64,000 bases of DNA from contig OZ287703.1 in assembly GCA_965649825.1 (NCBI GenBank), positions 186,001 through 250,000 of the forward strand, in the 5' to 3' direction. The DNA is from Penicillus capitatus. Taxonomy: Eukaryota; Plantae; Chlorophyta. The position numbers and the translations under genes were made by a program. Shown piece after piece: positions 37,072 through 51,400 of the stretch (its first letter is position 1; each line of letters begins with the position of its first letter). Under the pieces are notes generated by a model. That model was not told the origin of the DNA. It did no database searches and saw nothing but the letters and a program-made list of their open reading frames with translations.

Positions 37072-38229
37072 ATGTTAGGGCTGAGAGGAATAGATTCCAA
37101 CGATTGGCGCGAAACCATTCCGATCCACGTTTTGGAAGGAGGCCAGCTCTTCGACCCCAACGAGCTCTCTCTCGACGAATTCATAAACCCAAGTTGTTGC
37201 TCGGCGAATGACATCCGCGAGTTGTTCTTGCCTGGTGGCATACTGAAGAAGATCTATCCAGAACAACGCCGCCGAAGCTTTTCGTCGTCTCTGCTGTACG
37301 ACACGCGAGGCCTGGAGCTGTTCGAAGAGCTGACGAAGCTCGAAGACGAATACTACTTGACGGCCTGTGAGAAATCCCTACTGAAATGTCGCTTGCGCGA
37401 GATCGCAGTACACATTCCTGACGGCGCCGCCATCGTGGAGCTCGGATGCGGCAGCATGACGAAGACAGCCATCATCTTAGACTACCTCCGCAACGTCGCC
37501 AAGAAGAAGAATCTCAGGTTCTACGGTCTCGACATCGACGACACGTACCTTCGCCAGTCGCTGGAGAATCTGAGATCTGTCGTTGAGAAAGAAGACAGGG
37601 ACGCCGAATACACGATCTCTTATGCTGGCATCCATGGGACCTTTGAGGAGCTGGTCTCTTTCCTTCCTAACATCCCTGGTCCGAGGTACTTCCTCTGGCT
37701 GGGGTCCACCATTGGTAATATGACGAGGCAGGAGGCAGCGGATTTGCTGCGCCTCTATAGAGAAACAATGGAGCCGGAAGACGGCTTCTTTCTGGCAGCC
37801 GACAAGCGTAATGACCCCAGAACCATCGTCCGTGCCTACAACGACTCGAAGGGTATCATCGCCGCCCTCGGCATGAACACCCTTGTGTGTCTCAACCGTT
37901 TACTAGGACAGAACGTCTTCGATGTCACCAAGTTCGAGAGATGGTCTGGATACAACATTGCTGACGGCCAGAACGAAGCCTACATCAAATCGCTAACCGA
38001 TCAAAAAATCGTGATCCCTGCACCCTTTTCAGGAGACAAAGAGAAAAGTGCCGAGGTGCACTTGAAGAAGGACGAATTGATCCATTACCTCTATTCCGTC
38101 AAGTACTCTTCAGAAGATCTCAAAACCTTGGCTGTCGCTGCTGGACTGACGGTCGAACAGATCTGGACGGATCCGAAGGAGATGTTTTATTTCACTCTCC
38201 TTAAGAAGAGCAGCAGCACCGAGGAATGA
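37072..38229 (+). CDS. EgtD-family methyltransferase, copy 6 (mosaic)
   Basis: First in-frame ATG at 37072; the core at 37401-37755 is nearly identical in DNA to copy 5, while the flanks resemble copies 1, 2 and 3. Confidence 0.88.
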   Translation: MLGLRGIDSNDWRETIPIHVLEGGQLFDPNELSLDEFINPSCCSANDIRELFLPGGILKKIYPEQRRRSFSSSLLYDTRGLELFEELTKLEDEYYLTACEKSLLKCRLREIAVHIPDGAAIVELGCGSMTKTAIILDYLRNVAKKKNLRFYGLDIDDTYLRQSLENLRSVVEKEDRDAEYTISYAGIHGTFEELVSFLPNIPGPRYFLWLGSTIGNMTRQEAADLLRLYRETMEPEDGFFLAADKRNDPRTIVRAYNDSKGIIAALGMNTLVCLNRLLGQNVFDVTKFERWSGYNIADGQNEAYIKSLTDQKIVIPAPFSGDKEKSAEVHLKKDELIHYLYSVKYSSEDLKTLAVAAGLTVEQIWTDPKEMFYFTLLKKSSSTEE

Positions 38230-38338
38230 AGACAGATTCCATCCTTCTGATTTTACAAGAGGTTTGTTATCTGTTTTTGACGTAAATTGCGGTCTTTAAT
38301 ACATTTTGAGCGATGATGTTTGTGTCTTTCTGCACCAC

Positions 38339-41058
38339 ATGTCCGCCGTTACCGTCAAGATCTACGATGCCTTGCACACCTTCGGACCTGCTTTTCTCGT
38401 TTCGGTCTCTCTTGCCTTCGTCTGGCCCATCGTCGACGATACGTTAGCAGGTGGCGTACCTTGATCCGGGAAACTGGGCCACGGCTATCGAAGGCGGTTC
38501 TCGTTTTGGCTATCAACTCGTATTGCACACGCTTTTGTCACGCATCCACGCATCGGAATGCCTTGTCTCGCAGATTTGGGTCGTCGTCGTGTCGAATCTC
38601 ATCGCCATCCTTCTCCAAGTATTGGCCGCTCGACTTGGCATCGTATCAGGAAAACACCTCGCTGAAGTCTGCCCCCAGAGCGTCGCTTTCTGCCGTCATT
38701 CTTGCCCTTAGGTCTGTCGAGAGCAATATCCTCCATCCGTTTGCCTCCTTCTCTGGTCTCTCTCCGAAATCAGCATCGTAGCGTTGGATCTCACAATGGT
38801 CTTGGGTATGCATATACATCCTTGATGGGACACCTGTCACATCCGAATCTATGTTCTCTTTAGGTACAGCTGTCGGTCTGAATCTTCTCTTTGGCATCGC
38901 ATTGCTTCCAAGCATCCTCCTAACGAGTCTGGATTTTGTCGTCATCCTGTTGGCCGTGCCAAAAGTTGGAAGGGTGCGTTTGTTCGAGCTCTTTACGGTA
39001 TCCATCGTCGGCATCGTCCTGACATGTTTCGCCGTGGATGTGGCACTGACGGCCCCTTCACTAAGGCAGGTGCTCGGTGGTCTGGTGCCAACCCTGGATC
39101 GATCGTCGATTTACACAGCTGTGTCATTGTTGGGTGCCAATGTGATGCCACACAACTTCTATCTCCACTCAGCTCTCGTGAAAAGCCGCCATCGAGGAAA
39201 CTGTTCCATCGAGTCTCTCTGCAGACTGAATCTCATTGATGTGACGTTGGCCCTGGGGGTGGCACTGTTCATCAATCTAGCTCTTCTCGTCGTTTCAGCA
39301 TCCACCTTCCATTCTGCAGGCACGGTCGTCTTCTTTGGACCGAGGACAAAGCTGTTGTCGCAGGAGTCGTGGTGGAGACGCTTCAGGCGGCACATGATTT
39401 GATGGAGCAGCTTCTGAGCAGCCACTTAGCTCCAGCTGTATTCGGATCGGCGCTTTTGCTTACCAGTCAACTGTCCACCTTCACAGGCACGATCTCAGGT
39501 CAAGTCATCCTCCAGGTGAGGCAAAACTGAACAGCATCACAATTTGTGACGCTTATCTGCAGGGATTCCTAAATTGCGAGATTAGTCCTTGGCTACGTCG
39601 ACTCCTGACCCGTTCCTTAGCCATTCTCCCTGCCATGACGCTGCAGATGATCTACGGCGATGAAGGGACATACAAGTATACCATGCCGCTCAGCATCGTA
39701 TGATCACTGAGTAGGCGTATAGGATGTTGGTCATTGCCCAAGTGGTGCTGGCCATTCAGTTGCCGTTTACACTCGTCCCTTTAATTAAGGCCACATCCAA
39801 TCGCACCCTCATGGGATCCTTTGCCAATAGCCTTATCGTTCAGATCATGGCTTGGATGTCGACGCTCCTGATCTTCTTGGCGAATCTGATGCTCTTCGCT
39901 GCGATGGTTCTCCCGTCGGAGCGGTCGCATCAACAGTCTTATCAACTCCTACCGCGTCTCAGGGATGTTATGCTCTCATGGACGAGCGTTTCGTGGCTAA
40001 GGCTCTTGTCTGGTTCGCTGCTGTTCTTGGTGACCGGTCTTGGCATTGCACTGCTCATCTGGATGCTCATGACCCCCATTTCCTATGCAGAACGGATCGA
40101 CAGTCCCGTCGTTGTCACCGTGCAACAGCTCGTCGCACAGGATGCCAAACAAGCAGCAGCAGATTTAGAAGAGATCGTGCTGAGGGAAGACACGAGGACA
40201 TGTCGTCTGGCATTTCTGGACGAAAAGAAATTTGGCAAAGCCGCTAGAAAAGCATTCGCAATAAAACTCGATGAGTTCTGGAGTCAGTTCTACGATTCCT
40301 ACGGCAAAGCGATCTCATCGACAGAGGCTTCGGAAAGGGACGAGTCCATCAGGCATTGTCTCCTGTCCATCCACAACCTGGAGAATGCATCGGAGGTGCT
40401 CTCCCTTTCGGAAGCGTCTCCTTGGGACATCGTCGATCAGGCGATTCTCTCTCTACTGCATGTGGCGCTCACAGATCTGCCAGCGTCGGAGCATTTGTAT
40501 CCCTGGAAGTGCAAGCAATGCCATATGGAGGTTTCGGATCCCTCGGCGATCGAACTCGTAACGGCGGCCGAACGAGATCCGCAAGACTCAAAGGAGATGT
40601 TTCTTTTTGGACTGTGGTCATTGAGGCAGCTGCTCCGTCTATGTTCATCAGAACCGCGTCCGGAGTTATGGGGAAAGTACAGCGGTGTGTTGAATCGACT
40701 CCAGTGGCTGCTGCCACACATACCCTGCAATGTAAACCGCACCGAAATCACGACAGATGACGTCCTCTATCTCTTACAAATACTGCAGCAGCACATCCAA
40801 GCGAAGAAAGGTGCCAAAGACACACTCCCGGCCGCCACAGCCTTCCCGAAAGTACGCACCGACGACCTATGCCTTAACCGTTTGCGATGGAAACTGCCTC
40901 AGGGAAAAGAGATCGTTATGTCTGTGATAAAGAGATATAGACGGGCACTCAAGAGAAGCCCATCCGCAGCGTCCAGTGGAGCTGCGAGATTTGGAGCTGG
41001 TATTGGATTATTACACTTCTTGTTCTGTCTCGTCGACATCGATAACGCAACGACATAG
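38339..41058 (+). CDS. EIN2: EIN2-like protein: NRAMP-type membrane domain fused to an EIN2 C-terminal (CEND) domain, multi-exon
   Basis: [22 protein letters not shown] and MPHNFYLHS; CEND boxes [59 protein letters not shown] and AFPK|[16 protein letters not shown] (51-nt in-frame intron at 40852-40902). The last exon is uncertain. Confidence 0.88.
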
Positions 41059-41071
41059 GAGACAAGATGTA

Positions 41072-43619
<2,548 letters not shown>

Positions 43620-43879
43620 CGCGTTTGATCGAAATCGAATCGATGATTCTTCGATTGATGATGACGTCGGTCACACCTTTCTCACACTTGTGTCGAATTC
43701 ACGGTAACACACGCGGTCCGTACGTTCGTAGTTTATCGCGTTTTGGCTTATTCGCGTAATAAAACTTCGTCATCGTCGCGGTCGTCGTCGATCGTGATTT
43801 CGCGAAAAGACGCTCGCTCGCATCGCGTTCGTGTCTAGCATCGCGCGCTATCGTAGACATCGTTCGCTCCTCTCCCCTA

Positions 43880-45724
43880 TCATGCGCCTCCGAAATTGAA
43901 CGGCATGCCTTCCTCCCCTCCTTCCCCACCGCCACCACCATTGCCAAACAGATACGCACCCTGATCCTGACCCGGAGGCGGGACCAGATTCTCCCCTTCC
44001 ACATCCTCCAACTCAAAATACGACTCCAGCAGTGTCACAGCCTTATTGTAGATATCTTCATTCTGATGCTCCTGCAGATGTTCAATCTTATCCAATCCAC
44101 CTGCATCTTCGATTTGTGTGACATATGGATTCATACCATTCGCTGTCTTCTCATCCTCCCCCACCTTGAGGATGTTCTCCAATCCCTCTAGTGCCACGAT
44201 AATGATACGTGCATCGGAGCAGGTCAACAGATCGCACAGTGGCTTGATGCATCCACAGGTGACGAGAAACTTAATCTGGTGTGGCATTCCGCCAGATGTG
44301 GCATTGCTCAGCGCCCAAGCGGCCTCCTTCTTGATGTCAAACTCAGCATAGCTGAGAAGCTGGACGAGGGGAGGAATAATATTGGCATCGATAACGGCTT
44401 GGATCTGCTCCTTTGTTCCTGCCGTGATGTTGGACAGTGTCCAGCACGTCTCTTTCTTAATGCTCTTCTTCTGATTGCTCGTTACGAGATGCAACAGACA
44501 AGACAGCGCTCCACAGTTGATGATCACCTGGGTCTGCATGTCATCTCCTGTGACGATATTCCCAACGGTGCGCAAGGCAGGGACCAGTACATTAGGTGCC
44601 GGATGCATCAGGAGCTCGACCAAACGACGACAGACACCAGCCTGGATGACTTTATCGATTTTGTCGTTGGGGCCATCGGAGAGATAAGACAGTGCCCAAC
44701 AGGCATCTGTCAAGATCTCTTCGTCTGTACTGTGGATGTGACGTGCCAAAGCCGGCAGCGCATTGCGAATGAGTTCAAAATCGGGTCCAGGTTTGCCTCT
44801 GCAGAAATTGGACAGCGTCCATGTCGCATTGCGCAACATTGAGAGCTTTGATGATTCGCGCAGCTGTTCGAGCAACGGCCAAAGGGCACCCGCTTCCAAC
44901 ACCTTGTTACGGTATCCCGTCGAATCTCCAGCGATATTCCCCAATGCCCACACGGCCTAAATCGCCACGATCTCACACCTGTGGATGATGTGACAGGTGC
45001 ATAACCTGTTCTCGGACATCGTCGTTGGGGGAACTCAGTAGACGGACGAAAATGGGAATAGCGTTGTTATCGATCACAACGCGCGTGTGATCCGATGTCC
45101 CCGATGCGACATTCGTCAATGCCCACGCAGCTTCGAACTAGACCGCACACCGCCGCCAGAATGCGTGCGTCCTGTCATCTCTGTGATGTGACGTTTCTAC
45201 CTGAAGTTTCGGGAAGTCGTTGCGTTCGAGGAATTCCACAAATCTGGGAATAACGCCTTGCTTAATCACCTCGTCAATGGGCGGATTGCGCTCTGCACGT
45301 ACCAACACCTCGTCAGCGTCGTCCTTTGGTCGAAGTCATACCAATCGAAAGGATCTTTCGGAACTTCTGTGTCGCTTCGAACTGTTCCTGCGGATTATCA
45401 CTCCAGCAACCGTACACCATGTTCGGCATCTCCTCAAACTACACCCCCACCGACCGACTCGCGCTGCGTTCCCCGAGCGACGAGCGTGAGAAGAGAGACC
45501 GTTTGCGCGAGGGGGTTGGCTGTGGAGCTGCTTGTGTCTGGCGGCGGAGGGGCGGCGCCGACACCTTCCAACGCCGTCAGACGTTTTTTCTGTAAGTTCT
45601 CTTCGCGTTTGTTCTTGCGCTGCGCCACGATGTCGTTGCCACGACGTCGACGACTCTCTTCTAAATCGACCCCTTTTTTAAATTCCTGCCGACGGCGGGC
45701 GCTGTTTCCATTTGGACGATCCAT
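43880..45724 (-). CDS. IMPA: Importin subunit alpha
   Basis: IBB domain [27 protein letters not shown]; ARM repeats [34 protein letters not shown] and [13 protein letters not shown]. Confidence 0.96.
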
Positions 45725-45829
45725 CGCTCAACGCGCAGCAAAACGCGAAACAGAAGATGAAGAACACGCACGTCTGAATCAAACGATTCCGCGACCTTTC
45801 ATGGCTCACGTCACATCATGACATCAACA

Positions 45830-46639
45830 TTAGATGCCGTTTCTTTGTGCCGCGGCCTCACGTTCCATCACACTGGCCTCGAACTTCATCAGAATCGTCG
45901 TTTGGGGTTTGGACTGACCCGGAGCGTCGACGAAATGCGCAGAGACCCTGAACAACAGTGATCTGTCACATCATGATGCAACATCGGCCAAACCGGGCTG
46001 GAAAGTTGGACGCGTCCAGGATGCCCTTGATAATGCCGGCGACAAATGCGGAGGGATGAAAGGCGCCCATATCACGTGGAACGGAAATGAATCGGCTCAT
46101 CTGCAGATCGACATCATTGATCATATATTCGTCATCGACCTAATCGAACGCACGACGATCGATCGATGACGTTCGATAGAGCATCGAACATGACCGCATT
46201 GGCCTGTTCTAACGAATCGGCGGTCTTGCCGAACATATAAGGCCATAGGGTGCTGTGAATGAATCGCAGAATGTCGATGACGCGTTGCTTTCGCTTCGGC
46301 GTCTTCTCACGGAATGTCAACAGTTCGAGCAATCGCACACCAACTTCGACGCCCAGCGTCTCCAATCTACAGAGACGGCCCTTCGTCCGTCACATCAGGA
46401 AGAGATGTATGATGACAGACGTGCCTCTCTTCGAGCTCTGCTGTGCTCGTGACTTTGGACTGACTGTATTGGATGAGGCCACTAAAGAGGTGCGCGAAGG
46501 CGCAGAAACTCACGCTTGAGACCTGAGCGCGCTGAAATGCTCTTCGGGGTGAAACGCTGGCAATGTTTACTTCTTGTTTCCCGCGCGTGATGGGTCGGTC
46601 GACGATGCTCTGTAGATGGCGCATGGGACGCATGGACAT
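45830..46639 (-). CDS. TRAPPC5: TRAPP complex subunit 5 (Trs31), multi-exon
   Basis: IVDRPITRGKQE, FAHLFSGLIQYSQSKV, GVRLLELLTFREK, FGKTADSLE, FVAGIIKGIL, VSAH and TTILMKF. Confidence 0.9.
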
Positions 46640-46694
46640 GTTGTTAGGGCGAGATAAACGGTGCGCGCACCGGCAACTGTGTGCTTGCTCTGCG

Positions 46695-48109
46695 ATGGCG
46701 TCGACGAACAGAACCACGGCGGTGGCCAGTACAAGTATGTGCGTTCACCTAGTCGGGAAATCACGGATCCGAGTGGATCGCAGGCCGAGCACCTCCTCGA
46801 ACGTCATCGAGGCGCTTTTCGGTTCGATGTGTCGCACCGTCGGCATCCGAAGGACATCACCGTTCTATCAGTCGACGGCAACTTCTGACGCAGTCGGGTC
46901 TCTTTCTCACAACCTCCCTGGCTCTGACGACTGGCGGTCTGACGACGTCACCTGACGCCTATGCCAACACACCGATCTCCAATCGGTGGGAGCTGGTGTG
47001 GCCACTTCTCTTGCAGGTCACATCCGTCACATCATCTGTCTGCAGATCGACCTGCCGATCGACAAAGAAGTGGTGCTACTGGACATCGGCTTTACCGGAT
47101 CGGACCCCAAACACGGTACCCTCTCCTCCTTAGGCAAGACATGTCGGATGGTGGCGGCCTACCCTTAGGGTTTCTGCTCGGCACGCGACAGACGTTGCTA
47201 GAAACATTTGACGGCGGGAGGACATGGGAGCCACGTTCGATTCAGGCGGCTGTGGACGAAGGCTTCAACTACCGCTTCAACACAATCAGCTTCAGCCAAG
47301 ATGAAGGATGGATCGCAGGAAAACCGTCGATTCTGCTCCACACAACCGACGGCGGAAAGAACTGGGAACGCATTCCACTGAGCTCCAAGCTTCCCGGTGC
47401 GCCCATTCTCATCACAGCGCTCTCCGGCGAAGGCGGCCAAGCTGAGATGTCCACCGATCAAGTAGGATCTGCCTGCTGCCCATGGTATGCGTGAGATGAT
47501 GGATGGGATTAGGGGGCGATCTATGTGACGAACAATGCGGCCTATACTTGGCAGGCTGCCGTGCAGGAGACCGTCGATGCGACGCTCAATCGCACCGTCT
47601 CCAGTGGCATCACTGGCGCCTCTTACTACGAGGGATTCTTTGCCAATATCCGTCGAAGTCCTGCGTCGGGTGACTATGTCGCCGTGAGCTCGCGTGGGAA
47701 TTTTTATATGACGTGGTCGCCCGGCGATACTTTCTGGATGCCACATAACCGTCCGGTCAATCGACGGGTTCAGAATATGGGATGGACACCCGATTCCCGT
47801 CTTTGGATCACGTCTCGTGGCGGCGATCTCTCCATCGGCGACCAGCCTGGCATCACAGAATCCTTCTCGGCGTCGAAACTAGGATCGAGGGGATTCGGAT
47901 TACTCGATGTCGGATTCCGAACAGAAAACGAAGGTTTCGCCTGTGGCGGCAGCGGAACGCTCTTCTATTCCAACGACGGCGGAAAAACGTGGAAACGCGA
48001 ACGGGCAGCCGATGGCATCCCTGGCAATCTCTATCTGGTGAAATTCCAGTCGGCCACTCAGGGATTCATTCTCGGAAACAACAAGATCTTACTACGTTAC
48101 ATTGCATGA
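46695..48109 (+). CDS. HCF136: Photosystem II assembly factor HCF136/Ycf48, multi-exon
   Basis: [60 protein letters not shown] and [10 protein letters not shown]. The start is inferred. Confidence 0.93.
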
Positions 48110-48165
48110 CAGCCAGAAGGACAGTTTTGAACAGGCATCTGTTTTTTCGATCGCATCGCGACGGA

Positions 48166-51100
48166 TCACGCGATATCGTCGTCGTCGTCGTCTTCCAATC
48201 CCCAATCGTCCAAATCGGCCTCTTCTGTACCGACAGCCGCCGGCGGCGCCTCCTCTGCTTCGAGAAATGTCTCTTCTGTTGTCGCGTCCTGTGGAACGCC
48301 GCCGTTTTCGTTTGGCCTTTGTGTCTCCTGCATCTCTCTCAGCGGATGCGCTCGATTCGATCCCTCCACTTCGGGAAACGCCGATGCTGGAGGGGGATGC
48401 GCCATGCGTTGTCTGGCAAAGCCTTCGGCCTTTAACGCCAGCTCCAAGTCTTCAAACATGTTTGGGTACTCTTTGGGATCGGCCAGTGCCTCGGCCGCTT
48501 TCGGATTGATCTTACGGACGTCCTGTTTCCAAAGATGCACGATATCGGAGATACGACTAGGTGCATAGGTCCGTGCAAAGAAGGCCGCTTCCGGCAGACG
48601 GTCACTCTCGACCAGCAGATCCACACAGGCATCGATCTCTCCCAGCAATAGATGGCACATGAAGGCTATGTTTGTCTTTCCGGTGGCTTTGGCCAGGGGA
48701 AGGAGTTTCTGCATGCCGGATCGTCGACTGGTGGAGCTGTAGAGCAACAGCAGTCCACTCACATCTTTGCCACGCAGCAGACACTCCTCACAGAGTTGCA
48801 TCTTTCCTTTGGCCATGGCCAGTTCGCCCAACTGCTTCCATTTCACTTCACTGTCCATCTCCTGTGCAATCTCATGCGCCGTCTCTAATCGTCCCAACTG
48901 AACGGCCAGATCGAATCGGTAATCGGGATCTGTTGCCACGTCCAATGCCTCGGACACGAGTTCTCTGGTCTCCAAGAATTTAGCAATCTCATTGAGCTTC
49001 TCTTTGGGAATCATCTTCAAAACCTCCTTAGCCGTATCCATGTCCCCACGAATCACAAGTGTCTTGTACTCAATAACCGTCAGCAATAAAGTATAGGAGG
49101 TGATCGAGAACTCCTTGTCGATCAGAAATACGCGACTCTGTGCTGCCATGTAGCCCAGGAGATACATCGGACGATCGAGATGAAAAAGCGTAAACACATC
49201 GCCTCCCACACAGTAGTTCAGTCTCCAGGCACTGTTGTTATAGACAAAACAGTCTCCAATCCACACAGCAGATACCACCTGGACGCATCAATCATCGATC
49301 CGTGCCCGATGGAATCAAGATTACCTGTTCCGAAACGTCCTGCACAACTTCGAAGGCATCTTCGATGCCATCTTCGTCCACCGCCTCTCCACTACTGAAC
49401 ACCTCATCCACGACGTCTTGCTTGAATTCTAAGATGTAGAACGAATCGGCGGTGGTAATGGCCAACCAGTCGCCTGAATCGGACCAGTAGACGTTCTTGA
49501 CACTGACATCGATCCTAAACCATCGCCGCTATGGATGGATCCGATCAGATGGATGTGAACTGGATGGAGGGTGCGCTTCATCCCGAGGCACTTACCGTCG
49601 AACAATGCGACCAGCTGTCCAGTCGTAGAAGACGATGAAGTCCGAGGCCTTGACGCCGATCAATGCCCCGCCGAAGATCGTCTCCATCGAGAAGCTGCAC
49701 TTGATCGTCTGCTTCTCCTGAAAATTCTTGAAGATCTGCACCTTCGACCTGTCACATCACATTGCCTCACACAAAAGCAATGCGATCGACAAAAGTGTGA
49801 CCAGCCAGATTTGATGGCATACTCATTGGCTTCGGATCCCCAAACAAACTGCTCAGCATTTCCAAAGCTCTTGTTGCGCCAGGCCAACGCCGTATAGATA
49901 ATATACTCCCCATCGCCACACACGGCCACGAATCTCCCGTTTCGGTTATGCTGCAGAGAGTGGGGATAGGCATCCGTCGATCCGAGATCTTTAATACCCA
50001 ATGGCAAACGCTCCCCATCTGACATCGCATAGTCTGCCGGAAGCGATTTGAGATTCGTTGTCTGGATCTCGTTGTTCTTCGCCCACAGAATTTTCCCAGA
50101 AGCATCCATCGATGCAAGCGGCTCATCTTTGCCCAGTTTCAAAATCAGGACGCCTTCATCGTAGCCCACGCCCACGAGATTCAGACCCTTGCGGCAGCTG
50201 ATGGCCCAGACACGTTCTTTCCCTTCGGCGATCGTGTCTTCCAGACGGAACGTCGTTGAATGGAAGAGTCGTATCGTCCCGTCTTCAGATCCCGATATGA
50301 TAATGGGCTTCTCTGGATGGAAACATACGGACGAGACATTATGTGTATGTCCTTCCAGCACTTGCACACAGCCTTTCGTCTGGTAGTCCCATACACGGAC
50401 AGTCTTGTCATCGGCACCGCTCACAAGATACGGTCTGTCTCCCCCTAAGCATCCATCCGTCCATCCTCCACGTCACATCACAGCGATGACCGCACCGGTG
50501 AAGTAGTCGACGGTGTTGACACCCTTTTCGTGTCCTTCCAGAGTGAAGTTGGGCACAGGGGAACCCAGACTCCACACTTTGACGGTGCGATCCAACGAAG
50601 CACTGGCGAAGGTGTTTGTATCTTTGGGATTGAACGTTACCTATGACACAACGCTCGTATCATTGCCCACTCATGCACTTCTCACTCAAGGTCACACTTG
50701 CATGACGTAATGCGCATGGCCTTCAAACATCTGAACGCATTTCCAGTTCTACACCAAAGATCACCTCACGCAAAGTGGCAGAGCTGAGAGAGACAAGGAC
50801 GCACGTTGTCCCAGTCCCACAGTTTGATCAACATGTCATCGGATGAGGAGAGGAGGTAAGGAAGGGTTGGATGCACAGCTAAGCTTCTGCACAAACGCAC
50901 GGAGTCAGAAGCGACGGACTGGCAGTAGACACGAACGACCGTATGTAATCCGTATGCGCCTCGAAGCTTTTCTCTTTGTCCATCGTATTGTAATTAAACA
51001 CACGAATCGTCATGTCATCCGATCCAGCGACAACCCATTGCTTACGGACAATGAATTTGGCGGCGCGGACTGCAGAGAGGACGCATGCTCAATGAGGTGT

Positions 51101-51400
51101 CCTTGTCTGGTATGCAGACCTGGCAGTTCGGTCACTTCAAACGATTTGGTCACCGTCCCATCATTGTAGTTCCACACATAAACGTGTCCACTGTAGAGAC
51201 AGGCCAAGAGCCATGGCTCTGTCGGATGCAGGTCGATGCCTTTGACGCGGTCCGTGCGTTGGGAGAACAGTCTCTGCGTGATAGCTTTGTTGAGAGTCAC
51301 TGACGTGACGTTTGCGTTACCTTGGTCTCGAGGTTGAGCGGCTGAGTGCCGAGAACAGCGAAGCTATCGAGTGAGAGGGAAGAGCGATGGGGCGTACCAT
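48166..51400 (-). CDS. COPB2: Coatomer subunit beta' (WD40), multi-exon; the first exon is the ATG alone
   Basis: M|PLNLETK|[46 protein letters not shown] and [13 protein letters not shown]. Confidence 0.95.

Noticed and set aside
14541-38229. Calling the methyltransferases true egtD ergothioneine genes
   Set aside because: The imidazole-binding T213, N217 and E282 equivalents are replaced in every copy and no EgtB/Egt1 sulfoxide synthase is present, so no gene symbol was given.
14250-38300. Bacterial contaminant contig joined into the assembly
   Set aside because: The island holds an intron-containing P450 and eukaryotic retroelements, and shows no operon-like structure.
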